Counted from the stretch's first letter, positions 31,549-41,740 are shown. The stretch: DNA of 64,000 nucleotides from an uncultured Acidobacteriota bacterium (GCA_963777605.1 CAVZRV010000007.1:608001-672000); one strand, 5' to 3'. Program-made: numbers and translations. The notes: generated by a model from the sequence alone, not told the origin.

Positions 31549-31809
31549 TTATGCCGCTGCCGACAAGTGCTTCATCACGACTTCAACGGCCTGGTCGACA
31601 TTCTTAATCTCACGGAATTCGTCTTCAGGAATGTCGATCTTGTACTCCTTGTCGAGGGCGACCATCAACTCGATCGCCATCAAGGAATCGACTCCAAGCT
31701 CATCCATGAAATCGGCGGTATCACTGATTTCCGAAGGTTCAACTTCGGTCAGTTCGGCCACCCTGTTTCGTACTTCTTCCCGGACCTTTTCAGCTGTGAT
31801 GTCAGACAT
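31549..31809 (-). CDS. Acyl carrier protein
   Basis: Acidic 86 aa with LGVDSL phosphopantetheine site; GAGGAGG RBS. Confidence 0.95.
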   Translation of the reverse strand: MSDITAEKVREEVRNRVAELTEVEPSEISDTADFMDELGVDSLMAIELMVALDKEYKIDIPEDEFREIKNVDQAVEVVMKHLSAAA

Positions 31810-31859
31810 TTACCCTCCTCATGAAGACTCACTTCAAAACTTCGATTTCAAAACAAGTG

Positions 31860-34800
31860 TTATTCCGAATGCGCGACTCCCGGAGCATCCGGACTACGTT
31901 CCTCGGTCAGAGACCGAATGAAGCGCAGGCCAGGCCGTGTGTTGTACTCCTCCCGGTACTGCCGGTGAGCAGGAGTATCGGGATAGGACTCCGTCGCGGG
32001 ATACGGATAGGCGGACATCCCGTGAAACGGGAGCGGTTCCACCGTTTGGGAGTAGGCCGTGTTCAAGTCTCCGTCCTTGGCCCACCCATCGACAAACAGA
32101 AGGAAGTCCCGGGTATACCCTTCGGGAACCGGCCCCAGGCGCTCGTCCGTGAACGTCAAGCGAATCTCGTCGCCCGACCCCATGATCAAAAACTGATCAT
32201 CGATCCCTCCCAGTAGCGCCGCCACGTCGCCGTACCGTGTGTAGAAACCCTTCGCCGGATTCCACATGGAAAGAGGCATCCACTTCGAGTAGTCGAACAC
32301 CTCGGGCTGCCTTCTTTGCGGGTGGATCACAGGGGTCGAGAAACCGCGATAGGACAGGTCTGCCTGGGCCAGTGAGAGGACAACAGGTTGAACCTTTGGA
32401 ACGGCCACGTCACGGCTCATGAAGATCTCGTCCCAGTAAACTGAGAGGCTGGTTACGATTCGCACTTTCCGGGAGGCCGAGAGGAACTTCCCGGTCAGGT
32501 CAACGACGATCGTCTTCGGCTTGCCTGCGGGAACGCCCATATCCTCGACTGCGGTCACCCACCGCCCGGAAGGATCCTGAACCTGGAGCTGAGGCATGAT
32601 CAGTTGCGCCGTCCGGTCCTGAGCCAGGCGACGGATGGTGCTTCCGTCCGCCCAGTCTACCCAGCCGTTCAGCACGAGAATCGCCGGTTCTCCAATTGAT
32701 CGTGCGGATCCGAAATCGAGCTCCACGAAGTGCTTTTCAGCGACCCCGAGGAAGTCCCGCTCAAATGCATCCGGATAAGTCCTGTCCAGTTTGCGGACGC
32801 GGTCCCTGACATCATTTCCACGATCGTCGAATGCCGCCACGGGGTACTGGCGATCCCGCACTCCATAAAGACGGAACTTGGGAAACGGCGGGGACTTGAA
32901 CTTGTCACTGGTGAAGATGGATTCACCAGCAGGATGGTCTACGGCCAGGAGTTGCACCTTGTCGATGTAACCCACCTCCCGCAGTTCCTCGGTGATCCGG
33001 ACCTCGTAGTGTCCATCGCCATTCTTCGCCATTGCTCCGGCCGGGATCTGGACATACTCATCATGGTCTACGGGAAAGAATACTCCCTCCCCGGCTGCGG
33101 CTCCCAGCGGCGCGACTCCGAGAACGTCGGTAATGAACTGGAACTTCTTCCCATTCCAGGTGAATACCATGGGGCATGAGCCCGAAAGTCGCTGTTTCTC
33201 CTTGTAGACGATGGCCCGATTGACGTCCTGCTCCGGCTCATTCTGGATCAACCCGTTCGGCCAGGTTATGCGAACGGTATCGATCTTGGAGTGGGTACCG
33301 AGCCCGACGTGAATCGGCCGGCCGTCGTAGATCCGCTTCTGGTACAAAGACCCCGCCTTGATCTCGACCTCGGCCGACGGTGCCTCGCGGAGGTTTCGGA
33401 CCCCCTCGAGGCCAATCACGTTCCAGTTGCCTTCCGCACCCCTTCCTTTCAGACAGGACACCGCTCCGTCCTGCCCCAGCACAACGAGGTCGATCTTACC
33501 GTCCTGGTCGAGGTCCCCCGCGTCGATTGCAACGGCTCCGGCCAACGCCGGAACCTCGACACCCGGACCAAACTCACCCCTGCCCTGGTTCGGGAATACC
33601 TTTCCGGCGAAAGCAAGATCGGAGAATCCACGATTCGCCATGTCCGCAGGCGTCGCGCGACCTGTCGATTCGATCACTGCGCCTGCCGAGAACGAGCCTT
33701 CTCGATTGATGATCAGCTGGACGCCTCCGGGCGTATGAGCCAGGAGATCGGTCCACCCGTCGTTGTCCACATCGAAGGCCCGGAGTTCCGATACCTCCTT
33801 TGGCAGAGCCTCGATTTCTTTCGGCTCGTAGCTGCCCGCGAGCATGTCACGGTACAGGACAGCCGGATGATTCACGTACGCGAAGACGAGGTCCGTCCCG
33901 TTGGTGTCCTTGATCAAGTCTACTGAAGCCGCCGCCGAGACATCTCCATCGACAAAGGGAAATTCAGTCGTGGAGTCGACAAATCCCGATTTCCCGCTGT
34001 TGCGCAACAGCGCGTGTCCCTTGCCAAGGAGGAAGAGATCCAGGTCAGAGTCATGATCCAGGTCGTGCCAGAGAGAGAAGTCGTACTGACCGTCATTCGC
34101 GGACTCCTGCTGCGCGATAAATCCGGAAGCATCTCTCTTGAGAAGGACCACACGGCGATCGGTAACCACGCTCAAATCGAAGAGGCCGTCGTTGTCGAAA
34201 TCGGCGGCAGTGACACTGCGAATAGTCTCCCCGGCATCTGCGTCGAACGCGATTACGGGATCTCCTCCAGGCGAAGAGGGCACCATCCGGACCTGCCGGT
34301 CCGTCCAGGCAATGGTCTCGGTCGTGCCGTCCGCTTGACGGTCTCCCACGACAATTCCCTCAGGAGTGCCTTCCAGTTTCCCACCCATGACTTCAGAGTC
34401 GAACGACAACGCCGACTGGAACTTGGCGGCACTCAGGGTCGGCGCCGCAACCGGGTCTACCACGTCCAGGATCTCGGAAAAAAAACTCCAGTCGAGATCT
34501 TCCGGGATCGCAGCTCCGGACTGTCGTCGCTTATTTTCGTTGAACTTCGCGAGCGCCCGATCAGCTTCGGCCTCCCGACCGGCGGCCTTGTAGGCGTTAA
34601 AGAGCTGAAAGTAGGGACCGGCAAGGCTTGGCCCGAGGCGAGCTGCTTCCTCGAACTGCTTCAGCGAGCCCGACGCATCGCCGGTCAGCTTGAGGACCAC
34701 TCCCAGATTGTAGTGAGAGATCGGCTCGTCGGGAACCAATTGGACCATCTTCTCGAATTGTTCCCGAGCCTTGTCATATTGGGCGGCCTTTTTGAAGATG

Positions 34801-35126
34801 ATGCCCAGGTTGAACCAGGTGTGGGGAATCTGGGGAGCGTCCTTCTGCACCGCTTCCAGTTCCGCAATCCCCTCATCGGTCTTTCCAGCCCGCAGGAGGG
34901 CCAGACCATAATTGATTCGTTCTCTCGGAGAATCCGGCGCAAGCTCAAGAGCCTTCTTGAACATGTCGACGGCCTGGTACTGGGTCGTCGGGTTCTCATA
35001 GAACGCCTTGCCCAGGTTTCGGTACTGCCAAAGTTCATCGCTCTCAGAACTGTTCGCCCGGTTGAAGGCCACACTGCCGACCAGAATCAGCAGAGCGGCC
35101 AACAAACCTATTCTCTTAATGGTCAT
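31860..35126 (-). CDS. Exported TPR + FG-GAP + ASPIC/UnbV multidomain protein with a large C-terminal domain
   Basis: Signal peptide, TPRs (HTWFNLG, HYNLG), DxDxDG repeats, HVGLG..IDTVRITWPNG, then SCPMVFTWNG. Confidence 0.88.
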   Translation of the reverse strand: MTIKRIGLLAALLILVGSVAFNRANSSESDELWQYRNLGKAFYENPTTQYQAVDMFKKALELAPDSPRERINYGLALLRAGKTDEGIAELEAVQKDAPQIPHTWFNLGIIFKKAAQYDKAREQFEKMVQLVPDEPISHYNLGVVLKLTGDASGSLKQFEEAARLGPSLAGPYFQLFNAYKAAGREAEADRALAKFNENKRRQSGAAIPEDLDWSFFSEILDVVDPVAAPTLSAAKFQSALSFDSEVMGGKLEGTPEGIVVGDRQADGTTETIAWTDRQVRMVPSSPGGDPVIAFDADAGETIRSVTAADFDNDGLFDLSVVTDRRVVLLKRDASGFIAQQESANDGQYDFSLWHDLDHDSDLDLFLLGKGHALLRNSGKSGFVDSTTEFPFVDGDVSAAASVDLIKDTNGTDLVFAYVNHPAVLYRDMLAGSYEPKEIEALPKEVSELRAFDVDNDGWTDLLAHTPGGVQLIINREGSFSAGAVIESTGRATPADMANRGFSDLAFAGKVFPNQGRGEFGPGVEVPALAGAVAIDAGDLDQDGKIDLVVLGQDGAVSCLKGRGAEGNWNVIGLEGVRNLREAPSAEVEIKAGSLYQKRIYDGRPIHVGLGTHSKIDTVRITWPNGLIQNEPEQDVNRAIVYKEKQRLSGSCPMVFTWNGKKFQFITDVLGVAPLGAAAGEGVFFPVDHDEYVQIPAGAMAKNGDGHYEVRITEELREVGYIDKVQLLAVDHPAGESIFTSDKFKSPPFPKFRLYGVRDRQYPVAAFDDRGNDVRDRVRKLDRTYPDAFERDFLGVAEKHFVELDFGSARSIGEPAILVLNGWVDWADGSTIRRLAQDRTAQLIMPQLQVQDPSGRWVTAVEDMGVPAGKPKTIVVDLTGKFLSASRKVRIVTSLSVYWDEIFMSRDVAVPKVQPVVLSLAQADLSYRGFSTPVIHPQRRQPEVFDYSKWMPLSMWNPAKGFYTRYGDVAALLGGIDDQFLIMGSGDEIRLTFTDERLGPVPEGYTRDFLLFVDGWAKDGDLNTAYSQTVEPLPFHGMSAYPYPATESYPDTPAHRQYREEYNTRPGLRFIRSLTEERSPDAPGVAHSE

Positions 35127-35150
35127 GGTTGTTTTCCCAAGTAATTGGGC

Positions 35151-36890
35151 CTACTTGGAGGCTTTGCCCGCAGGCCCCGATACGATGCCCTTGCCTTCTT
35201 CCACTACCGACAGCTGGTTCAGGGGCGGGGAAATCGTTTCCACAGCGCCACTGGGCCAGCGGATTTCAAGCTGGTCAACCTGATTAACGGTGCCCATGCC
35301 AAAGTGCACCCGAAAACTGCTGGCCGCTGAGTAGCCGTTTCCGCCGACCACTTCGCGAATCTGGGACTGGCCGCCGGACTTCAAGGTGACCCGGGCACCG
35401 ACAGCGTCCCGGCTCGAGCGGGTTCCCTGGAGCTGGAGCGTAATCCAGTTCCCTGGGTTCGAGGTCTGGTTCCGGTAAAGAAGCGCCGGTTGATCCGCAT
35501 TGGTCTGGTAAATGTCGAGCAGTCCGTCACCGTTGAAGTCCGCAATAGCGACTCCACGTCCGTCCAGGTCGTTGTCGACCCCGGCTTCACCGGAAACTTC
35601 CTTGAAGACATGCAACTGGCCCAGGTTCTGAAAGAGCTTGCTCTTCTGGTACCCGCTCCAGCTCATGTTCTTGATTTCGGGCCAGCTGGAAAGGTCGCTG
35701 AAATCGACCCCGGGGGTGATGATCATCTCTACGAGCACCGGGATGTAGTTGTCGTCGCTGGCCGACCGCAGCCCGTTGACGGCAAAGAGATCCTGCCAGC
35801 CGTCATTGTCGAAGTCTGCAAATTTGGCACCCCATCCCCACAACGTGTCGCACGTCCCGGTCTCCCGCGAAAGATCGGTAAACGTTTCGTTGCCGTTGTT
35901 GTGCCAGAGCATGTTGCATTCTTTCATGTACTCGTCGGTAATGTTGGTGACGTACACATCCAGGAAACCGTCGTTGTCGTAATCGGCAACGTCGGCGTTC
36001 ATGCCCTTCTTGGTGTCGAAACCGATCCCCGACTCGGTCGCATCGCGAAAGCTCCCGTCGCCGTTGTTGAAATAGAGCTGGTCGGTCCCATAGTCGCTGG
36101 CCACGTAAAGATCCTGCAGCCCGTCATTATTGAAGTCGCCGTGCCCAACGTCGAGTGTCCAACCATGATAAATGTCCAACCCGGCTTTCGACGTGGCATC
36201 TTCAAAGTGCCCCTTCCCGAGGTTTCGCCACAGGCCGACGCCTCCCCCGTTCTTGGCATTGTCGAGGTCCTTCGGGAGTACCTGGGTGGTCTTCAGGTCC
36301 AACAGGTTGTATGGCCCGAAATAGTTTCCGAAGATGACGTCGAGCAGCCCGTCGTTGTCGTAGTCAACCACCGTCACCGAGAGCGTGTTGGCGAACTTGT
36401 CGATGCCGCAGCCGGCCGATACATCCTTGAAGGTACCATCACCCTGGTTGTGATACAGCAGCGGCGTCCCGAAACGGGCGACCAGGAGGTCCTTCCAACC
36501 GTCGTTGTCATAGTCGAAAAAGATCGCGTCAGCGACTACGGTGTCGGGGGCGTTCCCTCCGCCCACGCCTGCCTTTTCGGTCTGGTCGGAAAAGGTGAAG
36601 TTCCCTTCGTTCCGATAGAGACGGCTGCTCGTCCCTTCGTCGGAGTTGGTGACAAAGAGGTCTTCGAGACCGTCATTGTCATAGTCTCCAACCGCGGATG
36701 AGGCCCCACCCGCCGTAAACATGCCGAGTACGTCCGAGTGCGGACCCTTGAACTTTCGAGTCTTATGCAAGTGCCTGACACCGGCCTGCTCGCCGATCTC
36801 TGCAAACCGGATCCCCTTCTCGGAGCTGTCATTGGCAGCCGCCAGGCCTGTCCCAGTCAAAAGAATCATCAATGCGATTGCGGTTCTCAT
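35151..36890 (-). CDS. CRTAC1-family FG-GAP/ASPIC-UnbV protein
   Basis: Signal peptide, repeated DYDNDG motifs, RDAVGARV and HFGMG..EIRWPSG. Confidence 0.92.
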   Translation of the reverse strand: MRTAIALMILLTGTGLAAANDSSEKGIRFAEIGEQAGVRHLHKTRKFKGPHSDVLGMFTAGGASSAVGDYDNDGLEDLFVTNSDEGTSSRLYRNEGNFTFSDQTEKAGVGGGNAPDTVVADAIFFDYDNDGWKDLLVARFGTPLLYHNQGDGTFKDVSAGCGIDKFANTLSVTVVDYDNDGLLDVIFGNYFGPYNLLDLKTTQVLPKDLDNAKNGGGVGLWRNLGKGHFEDATSKAGLDIYHGWTLDVGHGDFNNDGLQDLYVASDYGTDQLYFNNGDGSFRDATESGIGFDTKKGMNADVADYDNDGFLDVYVTNITDEYMKECNMLWHNNGNETFTDLSRETGTCDTLWGWGAKFADFDNDGWQDLFAVNGLRSASDDNYIPVLVEMIITPGVDFSDLSSWPEIKNMSWSGYQKSKLFQNLGQLHVFKEVSGEAGVDNDLDGRGVAIADFNGDGLLDIYQTNADQPALLYRNQTSNPGNWITLQLQGTRSSRDAVGARVTLKSGGQSQIREVVGGNGYSAASSFRVHFGMGTVNQVDQLEIRWPSGAVETISPPLNQLSVVEEGKGIVSGPAGKASK

Positions 36891-36895
36891 TAGTC

Positions 36896-37627
36896 TCACC
36901 ACACTTCTGAAAGGTTGGTGCTCACGCGCACGTTCGGGTCATAGGCGACCTTCACGATCGACATCAGTTCATCATCCGAGGCCGCAAGCCGCTTCTGCAG
37001 GTCCGGGCTGCCCGGGAACTCCGCAAGACCTTTTTGCCACGCCTCGCGCGCTTTGGCGGGTTCTTCATTCTTGAAGTAGCCATCCCCAAGCGAGACCCAG
37101 GCCCGCACGTGATAGGGTTGCTTGCCCAGGCTGTTGCCCAGTTTGATGGCAGCTTCCAGATCATCGATTCCAAGCTGCGTCCGGTTGAAGATCTTGGGCC
37201 AGAAAAGGTAGCTGTTTCCTCGCGTATACAGACCGATCCAGGTCGGTTTGATCTCGACCGACTTCGTGAAGTAGGAGAGGGCCGTGTTGGCGTTGATCAC
37301 CTGCGTGATTGCCCCGGCATCGGGAATTTTGTCGACGTAAGCGAACCCGAAGTTTAAGTAGGCATTGGATGCCTCCGGGTGATCCGCTACGAGTTTCTCG
37401 AAGAATGCGATGCAGCGGTCATAAGCCTTCACCTTGATGATGGCCTGACGATATTCGCTGCCGTACTTCAGGTTGTCAGGATCGGCAGTGAGTGCAGCCT
37501 CGAAATGATCGAGCGCTGACTCCACGTTGCCCGACGCAACCGCCTCGGTCGCCTCACGAAAATCCTGCTCGGCGTCGGCGGCCGGAGCAAACATCAACAA
37601 CGCCAGTAACACGTTGAGTTTCAGCAT
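36896..37627 (-). CDS. Exported TPR protein
   Basis: Signal peptide ending PAADA; TPR-like helices (AYLNFGFAY, AWVSLGDGY). Confidence 0.85.
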   Translation of the reverse strand: MLKLNVLLALLMFAPAADAEQDFREATEAVASGNVESALDHFEAALTADPDNLKYGSEYRQAIIKVKAYDRCIAFFEKLVADHPEASNAYLNFGFAYVDKIPDAGAITQVINANTALSYFTKSVEIKPTWIGLYTRGNSYLFWPKIFNRTQLGIDDLEAAIKLGNSLGKQPYHVRAWVSLGDGYFKNEEPAKAREAWQKGLAEFPGSPDLQKRLAASDDELMSIVKVAYDPNVRVSTNLSEVW

Positions 37628-37647
37628 AGTTCGTTACCTCTTATAAG

Positions 37648-37669
37648 GGGCACCGTCTCAACGGCGCCC
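37648..37669 (-). other. Intra-operon RNA hairpin
   Basis: Minus strand GGGCGCCGU-UGAG-ACGGUGCCC, a 9-bp stem just upstream of the TPR gene RBS. Confidence 0.45.
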
Positions 37670-37679
37670 ACCCTGTACT

Positions 37680-39407
37680 TCAGTGGTGTTCCCACGTCAT
37701 CGGTTCGATTGCCCCGCCCTCGGTGACCGTGTACACCCGGTCTGCGGCAACACCCTCGAACGCCTGCACGGTCCCCGATGGCCATCGCACTTCCACTTTG
37801 TCGATCTTCGATTGGTCCGCGAGGCCGAAATGGACCCGCAAGGTGCTTTGTGAGGCGAAGCCATTTCCCCCGTTGACAAAGCTGAGCTGGGTGCGTCCGC
37901 CGGACGTGATGCGCACCTGGGCTCCGACGGCATCGCGGTTCGAAAGGGTGCCTTTCAGTTTGAACTGAACCCAGTTGGTCTTTTCGTTCTGCGGGACCTC
38001 ATTGCGGAACAGCTCCGGTGTTGAATTCGCGTTGGCCACAAATAAATCCAGACGCCCGTCGTTGTCCAGGTCGGCGACCGCGATGCCGCGGCCATCCTTA
38101 AGGGAGTCGAGGCCAAATGTCGGAGCCTGGTCCGTGAAAAGCCCCCCGTGCTGATTGTGGAAAAGCCGGCTGCGCTGGTATCCACTCAGGGTCTTGTTTC
38201 CCATCGGTGGCCAGCTTCTCGCATCGGCCAGATCGATTCCCGGCTGGACGATCACCTGAAAGATGTCCAGGACATAGTTCTCCTTGCCGGCCGATACCCA
38301 CCCGTTGACCACGTAGAGATCTCGCCAACCATCGTGATCGTAGTCGAAAAATTTGCCGGCCCATCCCCAACCCGTGTCGTAGGTGTCGGTCTCTCTCGAG
38401 ACATCCGAAAAAGTCAGGTTCCCATTGTTGCGCCAGAGGAAGTTCCCTTCCCTCATGTATTCGTCAGTGATGTTGGTGACATAGATGTCGAGGAACCCGT
38501 CGTTGTCGTAGTCGCCCCAATCGACATTCATCCCTTTCTTGGTGTCGATGCCGACCGCCTTTTCCGTGATATCCGCGAAGTGCCCGTCGCCCAGGTTCTC
38601 GAAAAAGCGATCCGTGCCGAAATCACAGGCGATGTAAAGATCATCATCTCCATCGTTGTCAGCATCGGCATGGCCAAGGTCGAGGGTCCAACCGCTTAAT
38701 TTGAATCCGATCTCGGCCGACACTTCGTTGAAGGTCTTGTCGCCATTGTTGCGATAGACGAGCAGGCCGCCACCGTTGTTGGCAGTCTCGAAGCTCTCGG
38801 GAAAGAAGCGGGGCGTGTCCGGGTTGAAGACATTGACATCTCGAAAGTAGCCGCCGACGAAAAGATCGAGGTCGCCGTCCCGGTCATAGTCGAAGACGAT
38901 CCCGGTGATGCTGTTCATGTACTGCGTCAGGCCGGCCTTTTCAGTCACATCGGCAAAGGTTCCATTGCCCTGGTTCTCGTACAGGATCTCGGTACCAAAC
39001 CGAATCACCAGAAGGTCGGAATCCCCGTCATTGTCATAGTCGAACCAGAGCGCATCGGCACACGCGTTCGCCTTGTCATTTCCGCCGGCAACGCCGGCCT
39101 GCTCGGCAACATCGGTGAAGGTGAAGTCTCCGTTATTGCGATAGAGATGATTCTTGCCGTCCAGCTTCGAGTCGGTCACGTAAAGGTCTTCGTAGCCGTC
39201 GTTATTGAAATCACCCACCGCCACTGCTGCCCCGAGCGCCGTGTAGCCCTCCATGATGTGCGCGTACTGGTTGTCGAACGAACGATTGGTATGCGGATAG
39301 GCCACCCCTGCCGGACCGGAAACCTCTTTGAACCAGTCCGGTCCGGGTTCATCCGAAACCGGGGCCAACAGTGCCAAAATCGCGGTAAGAATCGCCAACG
39401 GTATCAT
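37680..39407 (-). CDS. CRTAC1-family FG-GAP/ASPIC-UnbV protein
   Basis: Signal peptide, DYDNDG repeats, NRDAVGAQV and HFGL..EVRWPSG; ATGA overlap with the upstream gene. Confidence 0.92.
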   Translation of the reverse strand: MIPLAILTAILALLAPVSDEPGPDWFKEVSGPAGVAYPHTNRSFDNQYAHIMEGYTALGAAVAVGDFNNDGYEDLYVTDSKLDGKNHLYRNNGDFTFTDVAEQAGVAGGNDKANACADALWFDYDNDGDSDLLVIRFGTEILYENQGNGTFADVTEKAGLTQYMNSITGIVFDYDRDGDLDLFVGGYFRDVNVFNPDTPRFFPESFETANNGGGLLVYRNNGDKTFNEVSAEIGFKLSGWTLDLGHADADNDGDDDLYIACDFGTDRFFENLGDGHFADITEKAVGIDTKKGMNVDWGDYDNDGFLDIYVTNITDEYMREGNFLWRNNGNLTFSDVSRETDTYDTGWGWAGKFFDYDHDGWRDLYVVNGWVSAGKENYVLDIFQVIVQPGIDLADARSWPPMGNKTLSGYQRSRLFHNQHGGLFTDQAPTFGLDSLKDGRGIAVADLDNDGRLDLFVANANSTPELFRNEVPQNEKTNWVQFKLKGTLSNRDAVGAQVRITSGGRTQLSFVNGGNGFASQSTLRVHFGLADQSKIDKVEVRWPSGTVQAFEGVAADRVYTVTEGGAIEPMTWEHH

Positions 39408-41740
39408 TTCTCTTCCACCTCGAACCGTTTCGTCTCGAGATTGTCGACGCCCTCGGTGACCACGACAATCTGGTTTGCCTCTACTCCCGTGAACCGCTGA
39501 ACAGTTCCCGTCGCAGGCCACAGAATCTTCAACTCGTCCACAGTTTCCGCATCTCCGATTCCGAAATGCTGCCGGAGGGAGCTTTGAGAACCGTAACCGT
39601 CACCAAGAACGACTTCGGTCGTCTGCAGACGGCTCCCGTTGGTGACCGTGACACGGGCACCAACGGCATCCCGATTCGACTTTGTTCCAACCAGCTCAAC
39701 TTCCAACCAGTTCCGATTCTTGCCGACTTCGTTCTTGAGCAGGGCGTGGCGGTCCGTCGAAGCGGAAACTGCGATGTCCATCACGCCGCGGTTCCAGAAG
39801 TCCGCAACCGCAACGCCGCGGCTGTTGGTCAGCAGATCGTCACCGGCCGGCCGGCCGATCTCCACGAAAGTCCCGTCTCCGTTGTTCCTCAGCATTCGGT
39901 TGCGCTCCCATCCGTGCCATGAGATCTGACCGAAGTGATTGGGATCGAAGAAGATTCCGGTCTTGTAGTCAGCCTGTCGACTGACCACGTTGTTGAGAAA
40001 ATCGAGCTCGATCTCGGTTCCCGGATCGTTGTAGACCCAGCCGTTGGCGGCGTAGATGTCCTTCCAGCCATCGTTGTCGTAGTCGTACATTCCGGCGCCC
40101 CAGAACCAGCCAGGCGGATTGGCTGAGGCGTCCCAGCTGACATCCTCGAAAGTACCGTCACCCTTGTTCTGCAGCAGCGTGTTGCCCGAGGCCATCTGCT
40201 TAAACACCCCGACGAACCCAAAGCCGGACTGACGGAAGATCTCCCAGTAGAGAGGCATGTCGCTCAGCCAGACGCCTTGGGCGAAGGAATTGTACATGTA
40301 GCGGCGAATTGTGGGCGCCTCGGCAAACCAGGCATGATCGGAACGGATATTGGTGACGTAGATGTCCAATTTCCCGTCATTGTTGTAGTCACCCATGGTC
40401 GCGTTCATGCCCGCGCCATAGGCCAGCGTATTGGACTCGACGGTGACGTCCGTAAAGGTCCCGTTTCCGTTATTGCGGTAAAGGGTGTTGCGCCCGAAAT
40501 CGTTAACAGCGTAAAGATCCGGCCACCCATCGTCGTTGTAGTCGCCGAACACGGTGCCGAGACAAAGCCCGACCTCGCCAACGCCCGCTTCCTTGGTTAC
40601 GTTCGAAAAGGTCCCGTCGCCATTGTTGCGATAGAGCTGGTTGGGCTCGCCGTTCCTGGCATAGAAGGTGGTCGGGATGTCCAGGCGCGGATCCAGGTAT
40701 CGTCCGACGTAAAGGTCGATATAGCCGTCGTTGTTGTAGTCGGCCCAGGACGCGACTGTCGTACAACAGTCTTCCCCGATTCCCGTCTGAGCCGTCACGT
40801 CGGTGAACGTCCCGTCGCCGTTGTTGCGGAAGAGCTGATTCGGCTTGAACGTCCGACTGATAAAAGCGTCCTTGTCGCCGTCGTTGTCGTAATCAGCAAA
40901 GACGCCAACGCTGACACCGTCCAACCCGGCAAGACCGGAGGACTCGGTCACATCGTCGAAAGTGCCGTCCTTGCGGTTTCGGAAAAGGCGCGACTCCACG
41001 CCGTCGGGGATGAAAAGATCGTAGTAGTCGTCGTTGTCGTAATCTACCGCCGCAATTCCTCCGGGACCGTAGATGATCATCGCGAACTTGAGATCACGGT
41101 TCAGGAATCCCGGAAAGAACTGGTTCTCGAAGTCAACGCCGGCCTCTTTCGCGATGTTGACAAACTGTCGCTCGTCGGAAATCAGGCGACCTCCCTCGAC
41201 CAGCTCGGCGCCGATAATTTTCAGCGGGTCGCCCGGGAGGAATCGCATTCGGAAATTGGCCCGATCCACTCCGGAAAGGACGGCTCCCCTCGGGGTACCC
41301 AGGACTTCAAAGCGGACCGTTGCCGTCCACTCCTTCGACGACTTCCACTCTTCCAGGCGGTTAACGAAAAACCGAACCTCTTCGATGTTCTCAAAATTCT
41401 TGAAGTAGTCAACCCATTCGGAGACCGCGCCTCGCTGATCGGCATTGTCGCCGGATGGAGCGAAGCGATACTCACGAATGCCGTCCTTCTCCCTGAACAA
41501 GTCGAGCCGGTCCAGGCCCAACACCTTGCCCTGGTAGGAGACATCAAAATGACTCCCGAAGCCGTCGATGTCTCCGGCTTCAATCTGCTTGGAAATTCCA
41601 CCAAGAAAGAGGCTGATCTTTTTGCCCGTGTCAAAGAACTGCAAAGAATCGCTGTTGATTTTGTGAACAATAAAACCACCAGCCACTATGAGAACAACTA
41701 AGGCAACCGCGATCAGGGTGATACGGCGCGTTTTCGACAT
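39404..41740 (-). CDS. Membrane-anchored CRTAC1-family ASPIC/UnbV protein with an extra N-terminal domain
   Basis: N-terminal TM helix, ~170-aa extra domain, DYNNDG repeats, NRDAVGARV and HFGIG..ILWP. Confidence 0.9.
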   Translation of the reverse strand: MSKTRRITLIAVALVVLIVAGGFIVHKINSDSLQFFDTGKKISLFLGGISKQIEAGDIDGFGSHFDVSYQGKVLGLDRLDLFREKDGIREYRFAPSGDNADQRGAVSEWVDYFKNFENIEEVRFFVNRLEEWKSSKEWTATVRFEVLGTPRGAVLSGVDRANFRMRFLPGDPLKIIGAELVEGGRLISDERQFVNIAKEAGVDFENQFFPGFLNRDLKFAMIIYGPGGIAAVDYDNDDYYDLFIPDGVESRLFRNRKDGTFDDVTESSGLAGLDGVSVGVFADYDNDGDKDAFISRTFKPNQLFRNNGDGTFTDVTAQTGIGEDCCTTVASWADYNNDGYIDLYVGRYLDPRLDIPTTFYARNGEPNQLYRNNGDGTFSNVTKEAGVGEVGLCLGTVFGDYNDDGWPDLYAVNDFGRNTLYRNNGNGTFTDVTVESNTLAYGAGMNATMGDYNNDGKLDIYVTNIRSDHAWFAEAPTIRRYMYNSFAQGVWLSDMPLYWEIFRQSGFGFVGVFKQMASGNTLLQNKGDGTFEDVSWDASANPPGWFWGAGMYDYDNDGWKDIYAANGWVYNDPGTEIELDFLNNVVSRQADYKTGIFFDPNHFGQISWHGWERNRMLRNNGDGTFVEIGRPAGDDLLTNSRGVAVADFWNRGVMDIAVSASTDRHALLKNEVGKNRNWLEVELVGTKSNRDAVGARVTVTNGSRLQTTEVVLGDGYGSQSSLRQHFGIGDAETVDELKILWPATGTVQRFTGVEANQIVVVTEGVDNLETKRFEVEEK

